Below, piece after piece: positions 49,201 to 58,179 of a DNA stretch of 64,000 bases. This DNA is from Chloroflexota bacterium (GTDB lineage Bacteria; Chloroflexota; Anaerolineae; Aggregatilineales; J027). The stretch lies in contig JABFGB010000024.1 of the NCBI GenBank assembly GCA_013112715.1, forward strand, positions 16,896 through 80,895, in the 5' to 3' direction. Position numbers and translations under genes: made by a program. Position 1 is the stretch's first letter. Every line of letters starts with the position of its first letter. The notes beneath the pieces are model-generated. The model did not search any database, was not told the origin of the DNA, and was given only the letters and a program-made list of their open reading frames with translations.

Positions 49201-49236
49201 ATTTCCCAATCTTGTGGTGTTTGCTCGGAGGAGACT

Positions 49237-50706
49237 ATGCTGCGAATTGCCCCTGACACAACGTCCCGTTTGCTGCCCAAGCCAGAGGACATGCCCGCCC
49301 TATTTGAACGTGGCGATCTTGTCCCGGTCTATCGTGTTTTACCCGCCGATCTTGAAACCCCCGTCTCGGCTTTTTTGAAATTATTCCGCGCCGATGAACC
49401 CGCCTTCTTGCTTGAAAGTGTGCAGGGTGGCGAGCAGGTCGGACGCTATTCGTTTATCGGCGTTGGCCCACGTAAAGTATTGGCTCCTGATACCAGCCCC
49501 GGCGGTGATGCCCTTGCCGAAATCAAAGCCGAACTCGCCAATTATCACCCGGTTGCGCTCCCCGGTTTGCCACGTTTTGTCGGTGGGGCGGTGGGCTTTT
49601 TGGGTTATGACGTGGTGGGTCAATTTGAACGTCTGCCTGCCAACGCTCCCGATGTGACCAACCTCCCCGGCGCGTTGTTCATGATTTTTGACTCTATCGT
49701 CATCGTGGATCATGTCAAATCGCAGATTATCGTATTGTCCAATGCTCATAACACCGGCGACCCTGATGCTGCCTATGCCGATGCTGCGGATCGTATCGCC
49801 GCCATTGTGGAACGTCTGCGCCAACCGCTTGGCGAAATCCCAATGGCGACCAGCGTATTGGATGACCCACTGGTTTCCAATTTTACACAGGCGGGTTTTG
49901 AGGAAGGCGTGCGCCGCGCCAAAGAATATATCGCCGCCGGGGATGCCTTCCAGATTGTGTTGTCCCAACGGCTGACCTGCCAAACCAGTGCCCCGCCATT
50001 TACCATCTACCGCGCCTTGCGGATGCTCAATCCCGCGCCCTACATGTACTTCTTCCATTTCCCGGATGAAAACTTCAATGTCGTCGGTGCATCCCCCGAA
50101 ATGATGGTACGTTTAGAAGACGGCATTGCCAGCGTGCGCCCCATCGCCGGAACCCGTCCACGTGGCGCGACGCCCGAAGAAGATGCCGAATTGGAAGCCA
50201 GTTTGCTGACCGACCCCAAAGAACGCGCCGAACATGTCATGCTGGTGGATTTGGGGCGCAACGACTTGGGCCGCGTCTGTGAATATGGCTCGGTGCATGT
50301 GCCGGAACTGATGACTATCGAAAAATATTCGCGGGTCATGCACATCGTTTCGCATGTTGAGGGCAAATTACGCGAGGGGCTAGACGCCTTCGATTTGTTA
50401 CGGGCGACCTTCCCGGCAGGCACGGTCAGCGGCGCACCCAAGATTCGGGCGATGGAGATCATTGACGAATTAGAGCCGGATCGTCGTGGGCCATATGCGG
50501 GTGCGGTGGGGTATTTCAGCTTCAACGGCTCAATGGATACCTGTATCACCATCCGCACCATCACCATGCGTGGCGATCAAATTTTCCTACAGGTCGGTGC
50601 TGGCTTGGTTGCCGACAGCGACCCCGCCACCGAATTCCAAGAAACCCTTCACAAGGGCAGTGCCTTAGCTTCCGCCATCCGTATGGCTGAACGCGGTTTT
50701 GAATAA
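49237..50706 (+). CDS. trpE: Anthranilate synthase component I
   Basis: [75 protein letters not shown], and [20 protein letters not shown] before the ATG at 49237. The track start at 49183 would lie inside the terminator. Confidence 0.93.
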   Translation: MLRIAPDTTSRLLPKPEDMPALFERGDLVPVYRVLPADLETPVSAFLKLFRADEPAFLLESVQGGEQVGRYSFIGVGPRKVLAPDTSPGGDALAEIKAELANYHPVALPGLPRFVGGAVGFLGYDVVGQFERLPANAPDVTNLPGALFMIFDSIVIVDHVKSQIIVLSNAHNTGDPDAAYADAADRIAAIVERLRQPLGEIPMATSVLDDPLVSNFTQAGFEEGVRRAKEYIAAGDAFQIVLSQRLTCQTSAPPFTIYRALRMLNPAPYMYFFHFPDENFNVVGASPEMMVRLEDGIASVRPIAGTRPRGATPEEDAELEASLLTDPKERAEHVMLVDLGRNDLGRVCEYGSVHVPELMTIEKYSRVMHIVSHVEGKLREGLDAFDLLRATFPAGTVSGAPKIRAMEIIDELEPDRRGPYAGAVGYFSFNGSMDTCITIRTITMRGDQIFLQVGAGLVADSDPATEFQETLHKGSALASAIRMAERGFE

Positions 50707-50726
50707 ACACTAGGGGGAGAGACACC

Positions 50727-51293
50727 ATGATTCTGGTCATTGATAACTACGACAGCTTTACCTACAACCTCGTGCAATTGTTGGGTAGCCTCGGCGCGGA
50801 TTTACAAGTGATTCGCAATGATGCCCTGACGCCCCAAGAAGTATCCGCCCTTAACCCCAGTCGGATTGTCATTTCTCCCGGCCCCGGGGATCCGAACGAT
50901 GGGGGGATTTCGTTAGAAGTCATCAGTCAATTGGGCCAGCATATCCCGATTTTTGGTGTCTGTTTGGGCCATCAATGTATCGGTCAAGCCTATGGCGGAC
51001 GGGTTATTCGTGCGCCACGATTGATGCACGGCAAAACCTCGCAGATTTACCATCGCAATCAGAAGTTGTTTACGGGCGTGCCGAGTCCGTTTGTCGCCAC
51101 CCGCTATCACAGCCTGATTGTCGAAGAACCCCTACCCGATTGCCTGAGTGTGACGGCTTTCACCGAGGAGGGCGAAGTGATGGCCTTGCGTCACAAAGAG
51201 TATCCGGTGGTTGGCGTCCAATTCCACCCCGAAAGCATTTTGACGACGTATGGGGTGCGGATTTTGCAGAATTTTTTGGAGGGTCGGTTGTAG
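50727..51293 (+). CDS. trpG: Anthranilate synthase component II (glutamine amidotransferase)
   Basis: [54 protein letters not shown]. Confidence 0.92.
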   Translation: MILVIDNYDSFTYNLVQLLGSLGADLQVIRNDALTPQEVSALNPSRIVISPGPGDPNDGGISLEVISQLGQHIPIFGVCLGHQCIGQAYGGRVIRAPRLMHGKTSQIYHRNQKLFTGVPSPFVATRYHSLIVEEPLPDCLSVTAFTEEGEVMALRHKEYPVVGVQFHPESILTTYGVRILQNFLEGRL

Positions 51294-51715
51294 GCGGCAA
51301 ACCTCCTCTAAATATTATCGAATCATAAGTTAAGAATCATAGGTGGATGTGTAATGGGGGCATATGGGATGATGTGAAACGGTATGCATTTGTCAAGTGG
51401 TGTCATCGGTTATGGAGGAGGGTTATATTTGACCGTTAGGCGGGCGGGATTTTGGGTATCATAAGGGATTGGCCCGCATTCAGGTACATCTCAACCCTAG
51501 TATACTCCGGCAGTTTTTGGGCTATACATTCGATGGAGGAGTGCTGGGAGGGGTGTGACAAAAATGGGAAGCGCATGAAACGGCCAAAGCTGAAACCGCA
51601 CTTCCCAAATCACTGCCATTTCCCTCCCTTCAACAACGCTTTATTTAAGGCTTTTCCTTGCACTGAGCCATAGATATTTTGTGCAGGTTGGACAAAAAAA
51701 CAGAATTTAAATGAG

Positions 51716-51745
51716 TTGACGAATCGTGGGTGTCCGTGTTATGCT
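51716..51745 (+). promoter_or_regulatory. Candidate promoter of the aro leader
   Basis: TTGACG (51716..51721), an 18-nt spacer, then TATGCT (51740..51745). Confidence 0.5.
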
Positions 51746-51777
51746 GCTATCACTAACCAAAACACAAGGGTTTTATT

Positions 51778-51900
51778 GTGACCAATACCCGTTCGTTCTC
51801 GATTCCCACTGCCTACAGTGCGTCCTACGATGCAACTGTCAGCTTTTACTTTTATTATTACTTTGGGAACAGCACGGAGCGACGGGAACAACGCATGTAG
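51778..51900 (+). CDS. Candidate attenuation leader peptide, 40 codons, Phe/Tyr-rich ((M)TNTRSFSIPTAYSASYDATVSFYFYYYFGNSTERREQRM)
   Basis: GTG start 7 nt after AAGGG (51766..51770). The codons TTT TAC TTT TAT TAT TAC TTT occupy 51844..51864, and 10 of 40 residues are F or Y. The TAG stop is at 51898..51900, directly upstream of a terminator hairpin and of aroH-aroF-tyrA-aroA. It is too short for the ORF track. Confidence 0.6.
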   Translation: MTNTRSFSIPTAYSASYDATVSFYFYYYFGNSTERREQRM

Positions 51901-51937
51901 CGACGATTAGCCGCTACAAACGAGAGCAGCGACCACA

Positions 51938-51973
51938 GGCGCGGGGTTCCCAAAAGGGACTCCGGGCCTTTTT
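51938..51973 (+). terminator. Attenuator terminator (GC-rich hairpin followed by T5)
   Basis: GGCGCGGGGTTCCC (51938..51951) pairs with GGGACTCCGGGCC (51956..51968). That gives 12 pairs with one bulge and one mismatch, around an AAAA loop, followed by TTTTT (51969..51973). An alternative pairing joins GGGAACAACGC (51884..51894, inside the leader ORF end) to GCGGGGTTCCC (51941..51951). Confidence 0.65.
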
Positions 51974-52062
51974 CGTTTTAAGGCCTGTTTTCGTAAGTGG
52001 GTCACAAAAAACCTTGTGGGGAATGATGAATCAGCAACCACAAGGAGATAAACCGGATACTC

Positions 52063-52512
52063 ATGACCAATACACCCACCGAACCTGCGTGGCAGCCCAA
52101 AATGTGCCGGGGCATTCGTGGCGCAACCACCGTCGAGGAGAACACCCGCGAAGCCATTTTGGAGGCGACCCGCGAATTACTAATTTTGATGATTAAGCAT
52201 AATGGCATTGTCCCAGATGATGTCGCCAGTGTGATTTTTACGACGACGATGGATTTAAACGCCGAATATCCGGCGGTGGCGGCGCGGCAGTTGGGTTGGC
52301 ACGATGCGGCCCTGATGTGCGCCCATGAGATGGCTGTCCCGCATGGCCTCAAAATGTGTTTGCGGATTTTGATTATGTGGAACACGACCCTTTCCGCCCA
52401 CGAAATCCACCATGTCTATATCAATGGGGCGAAACATTTACGGCCTGACCGTTCAATTGAAATAAAAGATTTGACTGAGGTGCTGGCGGAGGAACTGACC
52501 GCCAAAAGTTAG
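52063..52512 (+). CDS. aroH: Chorismate mutase, AroH type
   Basis: CRGIRGATTVEENTREAILEATRELL...VASVIFTTTMDLNAEYPAVAAR...VPHGLKMCLRILIMWNT. This matches the monofunctional AroH family. The start may instead be the ATG at 52102. Confidence 0.88.
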   Translation: MTNTPTEPAWQPKMCRGIRGATTVEENTREAILEATRELLILMIKHNGIVPDDVASVIFTTTMDLNAEYPAVAARQLGWHDAALMCAHEMAVPHGLKMCLRILIMWNTTLSAHEIHHVYINGAKHLRPDRSIEIKDLTEVLAEELTAKS

Positions 52513-52570
52513 AACCTGATTTTTGCTAGGAAAAAATATTCAACCACCATACCGATAGGGAGAGTTTGCA

Positions 52571-53617
52571 ATGATCGTAGTCATGTCTAGTGCCGCAACC
52601 GCCCGTGAAATCTCTGAAGTGATTGCCCGTATCCGTGCGATGGGGTATGAAGTCCACCTCTCGGAAGGCAAAGAGCGCACCATTATCGGCATCATTGGTC
52701 GGGGCCGTCCGGTTGATCGTGACCAACTTGGTGTCATGTCCGGTGTTCAAGATGTCATCCCTGTTTCCCACCCCTACAAAATTGCCAGCCGCGAATATCA
52801 TCCCGACGATACCCAAGTGCCTCTCAATGGCATCAATGTGGGTGGCCCGGATTTAGCCATCATCGCTGGTCCGTGCTCAGTGGAAGGCCGCAGTGAAATT
52901 ATTGAAATCGCTCATATCGTGCGCGAAGCTGGGGCGACGGCCTTACGGGGTGGGGCGTTCAAGCCACGTACCTCACCCTACGCTTTTCAGGGGCTAGGCG
53001 AGGAAGGGCTGCGTTATCTCGCGGAGGCGCGTGAACAAACGGGACTGCCGATTGTCACCGAGGTCATGGACCCCGCGCTTGTGCCACTGGTCTGCCAATA
53101 TGCCGATGTGCTGCAAATTGGCGCCCGCAATATGCAAAATTACGCCCTGCTCAACGCCGTTGGGGAGAGCCAATTCCCCGTTTTGCTCAAGCGCGGGATG
53201 AGTAGCACCATTGAAGAACTCCTCATGGCTGCCGAATATATCCTCAGTCATGGCAATATGCGGGTCATGCTGTGTGAACGGGGTATCCGTACCTATGAAA
53301 CCGCCACGCGCAACACCTTTGACATCAACGCCATTCCCGTCCTCAAGCACTTGTCGCACTTACCTGTCATCGCTGACCCTAGTCATGGTACGGGTAAATG
53401 GGAATATGTCGAAAGCGTATCCCTAGCGGCAGTCGCGGCGGGTGCAGACGGCCTCATTTTGGAGGTGCATCAAGACCCCGACCACGCGGCCTCGGATGGT
53501 CGCCAATCACTGCGGCCTGATAAATTTGCGCAATTGGTGCAAAAAGCAGGGCGTCTGGCTGAAGTGGTCGGCAAGCAGGTACATGAACCGATTCCTGCCC
53601 CGGTTCCATCACACTAA
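52571..53617 (+). CDS. aroF: 3-deoxy-7-phosphoheptulonate (DAHP) synthase, type I-beta with N-terminal ACT/ferredoxin-like domain
   Basis: N-terminal regulatory-type domain ([33 protein letters not shown]). Catalytic core [48 protein letters not shown]. Confidence 0.9.
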   Translation: MIVVMSSAATAREISEVIARIRAMGYEVHLSEGKERTIIGIIGRGRPVDRDQLGVMSGVQDVIPVSHPYKIASREYHPDDTQVPLNGINVGGPDLAIIAGPCSVEGRSEIIEIAHIVREAGATALRGGAFKPRTSPYAFQGLGEEGLRYLAEAREQTGLPIVTEVMDPALVPLVCQYADVLQIGARNMQNYALLNAVGESQFPVLLKRGMSSTIEELLMAAEYILSHGNMRVMLCERGIRTYETATRNTFDINAIPVLKHLSHLPVIADPSHGTGKWEYVESVSLAAVAAGADGLILEVHQDPDHAASDGRQSLRPDKFAQLVQKAGRLAEVVGKQVHEPIPAPVPSH

Positions 53618-53629
53618 ATTTGAATTTTT

Positions 53630-53652
53630 GGGTGAGTCACCACGACTCGCCC
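53630..53652 (+). other. Intercistronic hairpin between aroF and tyrA
   Basis: GGGTGAGTC (53630..53638) pairs with GACTCGCCC (53644..53652), 9 bp including one G-U, around an ACCAC loop. No T-tract follows, so it is probably not a terminator. Confidence 0.35.
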
Positions 53653-53672
53653 CTACCATTGTTGAGGCATGA

Positions 53673-54548
53673 ATGTCTGATAACGCGATTGATGGGTTTA
53701 CTGTACATATTATTGGTTTAGGGCTGATGGGTGGGTCGTTAGCGATGGCCCTGCGCGGTCATGTTCAGTGTATCACTGCCCAAGATGCCAACCCTGCCAA
53801 TTTGGAATCGGCTTTACAAGCAGGAGTGATTGATGGGGTTGGGGGGCTAGATCAAGCTGACATTGTGATTTTAGCCGTCCCCTCTGACCGCATCCCCCAA
53901 TTGATTCACCAGTTTTGCACCGCTGGTCAGTTGAAAAAAGGGGCATTGATTATGGACATCGGCAGCACCAAAGGCCGTATTTGTGACACGCTGGACACCT
54001 TGCCCAATACCGTTGCGGCCATTGGGGGGCATCCCATGTGTGGTTTGGCGGAGAATGGCTATCGCAATGCCATCCCTACCCTGTACAGAGGGGCACGTTT
54101 TGTCCTTTGTGAAACAGTATTAACCACCCCTGCCACCCGTGCCGTTGCCGAAAGTTTGGTAACAGCCATTGGGGCAAGGCCGCTGTGGATGGATAGGTAT
54201 CGCCACGATGCCCTGACCGCCCTCACCAGCCATTTGCCGCACGTGCTGAGTTTTGCCTTGATGCGCTTGGCGATGGAAGCATCGGCGGAAGATGAGGCCC
54301 TGTTTCAGTTGGCGGCAGGTGGTTTTGACGGCGCGACCCGTTTGGCCCGTACCGAAGAAAACATGATTACAGGCATGTTTACGACCAACGCCGCGCAAAT
54401 CCGCCCTCTCTTGGCCCGCCTCCGCAATCACTTGGATACCCTCGACGCCCTATTTGACCATCCGGATGAACTACGTGAAGAACTTGCGCGGGTAGTTGAG
54501 GCCCGCCGCCTTTACACCAAGACCTATGGAGAACGCCCGATCTCATGA
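53673..54548 (+). CDS. tyrA: Prephenate dehydrogenase
   Basis: Rossmann motif IIGLGLMGGSLA. DIGSTKG. GGHPMCG. Position inside the aromatic cluster. The stop overlaps the aroA start (ATGA at 54545). Confidence 0.85.
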   Translation: MSDNAIDGFTVHIIGLGLMGGSLAMALRGHVQCITAQDANPANLESALQAGVIDGVGGLDQADIVILAVPSDRIPQLIHQFCTAGQLKKGALIMDIGSTKGRICDTLDTLPNTVAAIGGHPMCGLAENGYRNAIPTLYRGARFVLCETVLTTPATRAVAESLVTAIGARPLWMDRYRHDALTALTSHLPHVLSFALMRLAMEASAEDEALFQLAAGGFDGATRLARTEENMITGMFTTNAAQIRPLLARLRNHLDTLDALFDHPDELREELARVVEARRLYTKTYGERPIS

Positions 54549-55870
54549 CCACACATAATTTGACTTCGACCCGCGTGCGTGTTCGCCCCAGTCAAGCTCT
54601 GCGCGGGGTGATTCGTGTGCCGGGGGATAAATCTATTTCGCATCGGGCGCTGATTTTTGGCGCACTGGCAGATGGTGTCAGCGAAATTCGTGGATTTTTA
54701 CCCGCTGGTGATACATTGGCGACTCTCGGCTGTATTCGCGCTTTGGGGGTACAGGTAGATCGCCATGACGACACGACCCTGACCGTATATGGGCGCGGCT
54801 TACGTGGGTTGCGGCAGCCCGACCAACCCCTTGATTGTGTCAATGCGGGCACGGGGATTCGTCTATTGGCAGGCGTAATGGCAGGTCAGCCTTTCCCTAG
54901 TGTGTTGGATGGCAGCGAACAACTGCGCCGCCGTCCCATGAAACGCATCACCGAGCCGTTACGTTTGATGGGTGCCAATGTGGAAGAAAATGAAGGCCGC
55001 GCCCCACTACATTTTGGTGGGGCCTATCTCAAGGGCATCACGTATGAAATGCCCGTCGCCAGTGCCCAAGTCAAAAGTTGTTTGCTACTGGCGGGGTTAT
55101 TTGCCGATAGCCCGACCACGATTGTTGAACCCGGCCCGGCGCGTGACCACACTGAGGGCATGTTGCGGGCGATGGGGGCGGATATTCGCAAAGCGGGCAA
55201 CCGCGTGACGATTACCCCGGTTGAGCGCCTGCATCCGCTTAATTGGACAATTCCCGCCGATATTTCATCCGCCGCGTTCCCGTTAGTAGCAGGTTTACTG
55301 GTGGATGGCGCGGAGGTGGTCATTGAAGGGGTAGGGGTCAATGATACCCGCACGGGCATTTTAGATGCGTTGGCGATGATGGGTGCAGTGGTGCATCAAT
55401 CGAATGTTCATGAGGAAGGTGGTGAACCCGTCGCCGATTTGTTGGTGCGTTCCACCCCATTGCACGGGACAAACATCAAAGGTGATCTGGTCGTGCGTAT
55501 GATTGACGAGTTCCCGATTTTGATGGTTGCGGCCCTCCATGCTAACGGCATCACTGAAGTCAGTGAGGCGCGAGAACTGCGCGTTAAAGAAACAGATCGT
55601 ATCGCGGTTATGGCAGCCGAATTACGCAAACTTGGTGCGGTGATTGAAGAACACCCCGACGGGTTTGTGATCGAAGGCCCACAGCGGTTACAAGGTGCGG
55701 TGGTGGATGGGCATGACGATCATCGGGTCGCCATGAGCCTGACTATCGCCGGACTGTTGGCCGAAGGCGAAACGATTGTCGAGGATGCCCGCTGCGCCCA
55801 TGATTCGTTCCCCGGTTTTGTGGAAACCATGCAATCATTAGGCGCAGGGGTAGAATGGTTGCCTGATTAG
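54545..55870 (+). CDS. aroA: 3-phosphoshikimate 1-carboxyvinyltransferase (EPSP synthase)
   Basis: VPGDKSISHRALIFGALA, NAGTGIRLLAG, LRRRPMKRI, and SAQVKSCLLLAG. Also LRVKETDRIA and DDHRVAMS. Confidence 0.93.
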   Translation: MTTHNLTSTRVRVRPSQALRGVIRVPGDKSISHRALIFGALADGVSEIRGFLPAGDTLATLGCIRALGVQVDRHDDTTLTVYGRGLRGLRQPDQPLDCVNAGTGIRLLAGVMAGQPFPSVLDGSEQLRRRPMKRITEPLRLMGANVEENEGRAPLHFGGAYLKGITYEMPVASAQVKSCLLLAGLFADSPTTIVEPGPARDHTEGMLRAMGADIRKAGNRVTITPVERLHPLNWTIPADISSAAFPLVAGLLVDGAEVVIEGVGVNDTRTGILDALAMMGAVVHQSNVHEEGGEPVADLLVRSTPLHGTNIKGDLVVRMIDEFPILMVAALHANGITEVSEARELRVKETDRIAVMAAELRKLGAVIEEHPDGFVIEGPQRLQGAVVDGHDDHRVAMSLTIAGLLAEGETIVEDARCAHDSFPGFVETMQSLGAGVEWLPD

Positions 55871-55873
55871 CCT

Positions 55874-58108
55874 TTATTGTTGGTCAGGTGTTTGTGGCAA
55901 ATAGAGCGGTGCATAATCCGTTGTATTTGAGACGGGCAGCCGAAAACTGCTTGTCCAGACAGGCGGCGCAGGAGGGGGTGTGGTTGCTAACCTCCCACGC
56001 CAATCATCATCGGTTAGGCGCACGGGGGGATACCCTAGCTCAATGAATTCATAATAGGTAAAGGTCGGGCCGACGTACATAGTATTTACTTCGTCGGTAT
56101 TGCCCACAATCATCGTGGTAGAAACTGGCCCCGTGCCAATATGCAAAACACCGGGGGGCAGTAGGTCAGGGATTTCGGGGTCGTGGTTGATGTTGGTGTG
56201 GACATCGGCAATTAACGCCGGGGAATCGTCTTCCCACGGGAAAAGTTCCATATACCAACCGTTCCATTCCCATGGATCCACCCCACAGATTTGTTGTTCG
56301 CGGTATTGCCGGACGACAATGCTCCGCAGAAAAAGATCTTCGTCTTCGGTAAATTGCTCAAGGCGAAGTTCTTTTTCGGCGAGGGTTTGTAATTGGGTCG
56401 CTGTGTTTTCGAGATTGCTAAAGTAGGTTAATGCGGTTTCTAAGGTGTGTTGTTCGTTTTCAAGATCGTAGCCACTCAACACATTGTCGGATGAGGGGAT
56501 TTGCTCAAATAGGCTACGACCCGCCCGCGCATAATCGGCAACAGCGGCATAGAAGGCGGGATAGGGTTCAACATAGCCTGTTGGATACTGGCAGGCAACA
56601 CCCATAGTGGTAACAGATTGTTTGACATACAGGATGTTGTCATGCCGGAGTTGCGCCCAAGAAGCCAATTGCGTGTGCAGCATTTTATCGGCCCATGCGG
56701 GGGTTTGCATCGAATCCGCATAAAAACCATTGTCACTGACCGGGTTGTTGAGGGTACGCAACATGGTTAACCAGCGATTATAGAAGCTGCTGCCCCAAAA
56801 ATCGCTATCGGTTGCCGCAACTTGGGTGCGAGCGGCCTCTAAGGGATTCTGATAACCATATAGGGCAAGTTCATCGGTCAGATGGGTCATGGCTTGATTA
56901 TTGCCAAGTGCATACATCACATCCAATGTGTTAGGGTAGGGTCGTAGAATTTGTTGGTCATCATCGGTATAGAGGCGGTCAAATACAAGGTTACTCATGA
57001 TCTCAGAATCAATTGCGTAGCGTGATCCCAAGAGCATCAATGTAACGGGTTGTGGGACAGCTTCGTTTCTGTTGAGATAGGCCCACGTAATTTGACCGGA
57101 GATACGCTGCCAACCGTAATCAGTGGTCGTGAGCATGGTTAACAAGTGGTCGGGGTCGGAATAGTTGAGCACATCGGCGGCGCTATTTAACCCCGCATCG
57201 CTCATAAACCGCTCCAGATCATCAAGGGTCATGTTATCACTTTGGCCCACAAAGGCCGTGAGAAGGGTGTCAATCGCGTCCCAATTGGAGCGTTGTTGAG
57301 CATCTTGAATAGTCTGGCGTAGTAATAGAGCGCTTGCTAGGGCTTCCAAATTAAGCGTTGGGAAGGCTGTCTCTGGGTCAAAGCTCACCATACGGAAGTC
57401 TATCTGGGCTAACCATGTCATTGCACGGAAATACAGGCCCAAATAGTAATCTTCTGTATAATGTCCGCGTGGTTTAAAGAGAGTAAAATCAATTTCTCTT
57501 TCGACCCCGAACAGGTCTATTTTTTCCACGCCAGCGGCCTCGGTTGCCATTGCGTGATAGCGATTCACACTGGGGTCAGGAGCAGTGTCATTCAGCAACA
57601 ATAGAGCGGTAGTGAAATAGGTTTCCAAATCAGCATATAGAGGCGTCATAGTAGGGTCTGTATTGGCGTTGGCTTGGGAGTGGAGTTTGACCAAGCAAAG
57701 TTCCAACATTACCCGCAGGCGAGGCATTAGGATGTTGCGTTCCATATTTTGTAGCAAATCATCATAGGTCTCATGCACCGCCTGTAAAATGGAGTCGGTG
57801 GTCACAAGGACAGGTAGGTCTTTCCAATAGATATAAGCGTAGGCGATGGTAAAACTGTAGAAGCCGAGACGATCACTCATCACCACGCCATTTTGCTCTA
57901 ACATCGCAATTTCTTCTGGCGAGAGGGCAAAAGTGCCATTAACAAGATCAAAATATTGGGCTTCACGAGGGTTAAAGCGATTAGGTCGTTGTTCAGGATT
58001 GGCTAAAGCAAATTTTTGCAGATTTGAGGCGGCGAGTGTAAACAGAATGATGAGGATCAACGAAGTGCGCCAACGATTTTTTAACATGGCGTTTTGTCCT
58101 TCACCCAC
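55874..58108 (-). CDS. Large secreted protein, probably DUF3160 family (744 aa)
   Basis: Signal-like N-terminus (WRTSLILIILFTLAASNLQKFALA). FKPRGHYTEDYYLGLYFRAMTWL resembles the DUF3160 core as I remember it. The family call is tentative. It is in opposite orientation inside the aro cluster. Confidence 0.55.
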   Translation of the reverse strand: MGEGQNAMLKNRWRTSLILIILFTLAASNLQKFALANPEQRPNRFNPREAQYFDLVNGTFALSPEEIAMLEQNGVVMSDRLGFYSFTIAYAYIYWKDLPVLVTTDSILQAVHETYDDLLQNMERNILMPRLRVMLELCLVKLHSQANANTDPTMTPLYADLETYFTTALLLLNDTAPDPSVNRYHAMATEAAGVEKIDLFGVEREIDFTLFKPRGHYTEDYYLGLYFRAMTWLAQIDFRMVSFDPETAFPTLNLEALASALLLRQTIQDAQQRSNWDAIDTLLTAFVGQSDNMTLDDLERFMSDAGLNSAADVLNYSDPDHLLTMLTTTDYGWQRISGQITWAYLNRNEAVPQPVTLMLLGSRYAIDSEIMSNLVFDRLYTDDDQQILRPYPNTLDVMYALGNNQAMTHLTDELALYGYQNPLEAARTQVAATDSDFWGSSFYNRWLTMLRTLNNPVSDNGFYADSMQTPAWADKMLHTQLASWAQLRHDNILYVKQSVTTMGVACQYPTGYVEPYPAFYAAVADYARAGRSLFEQIPSSDNVLSGYDLENEQHTLETALTYFSNLENTATQLQTLAEKELRLEQFTEDEDLFLRSIVVRQYREQQICGVDPWEWNGWYMELFPWEDDSPALIADVHTNINHDPEIPDLLPPGVLHIGTGPVSTTMIVGNTDEVNTMYVGPTFTYYEFIELGYPPVRLTDDDWRGRLATTPPPAPPVWTSSFRLPVSNTTDYAPLYLPQTPDQQ

Positions 58109-58179
58109 AGGGGTGTATCGCTGATTTTATTATTACTACTATAGTATACGAATAAGGTTCGATTTTGGGAAAGCTGACC

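Noticed and set aside
48877-49209. Minus-strand 110-aa ORF, and the track's upstream start (49183) for trpE.
   Set aside because: Both overlap the T-box leader and its terminator. trpE has a GGAGGAG SD and an ATG at 49237 immediately after the terminator.
49381-50567. Minus-strand ORFs of 225 and 175 aa inside trpE. Similar long antisense ORFs occur inside proS, aroC, aroK/B and the PFK genes.
   Set aside because: The opposite strand encodes proteins with unmistakable family motifs. Moderately GC-rich coding DNA often leaves the antisense frame open.
51726-52196. Track ORF reading the leader region in another frame as ..CQLLLLLLLWEQ.., a run of seven Leu codons plus Trp that could suggest a Leu leader.
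   Set aside because: This frame has no stop before the terminator and runs on into aroH. It has no SD-like sequence at a sensible distance. Leu does not match the downstream Phe/Tyr/shikimate genes. The F/Y frame ends just before the terminator and positions the antiterminator correctly. The alternative is not formally excluded without conservation data.
58137-58146. 10-bp palindrome TACTATAGTA upstream of aroE, as a possible operator.
   Set aside because: It is short and AT-only, so it is expected by chance in a promoter region. There is no second copy or associated leader structure.
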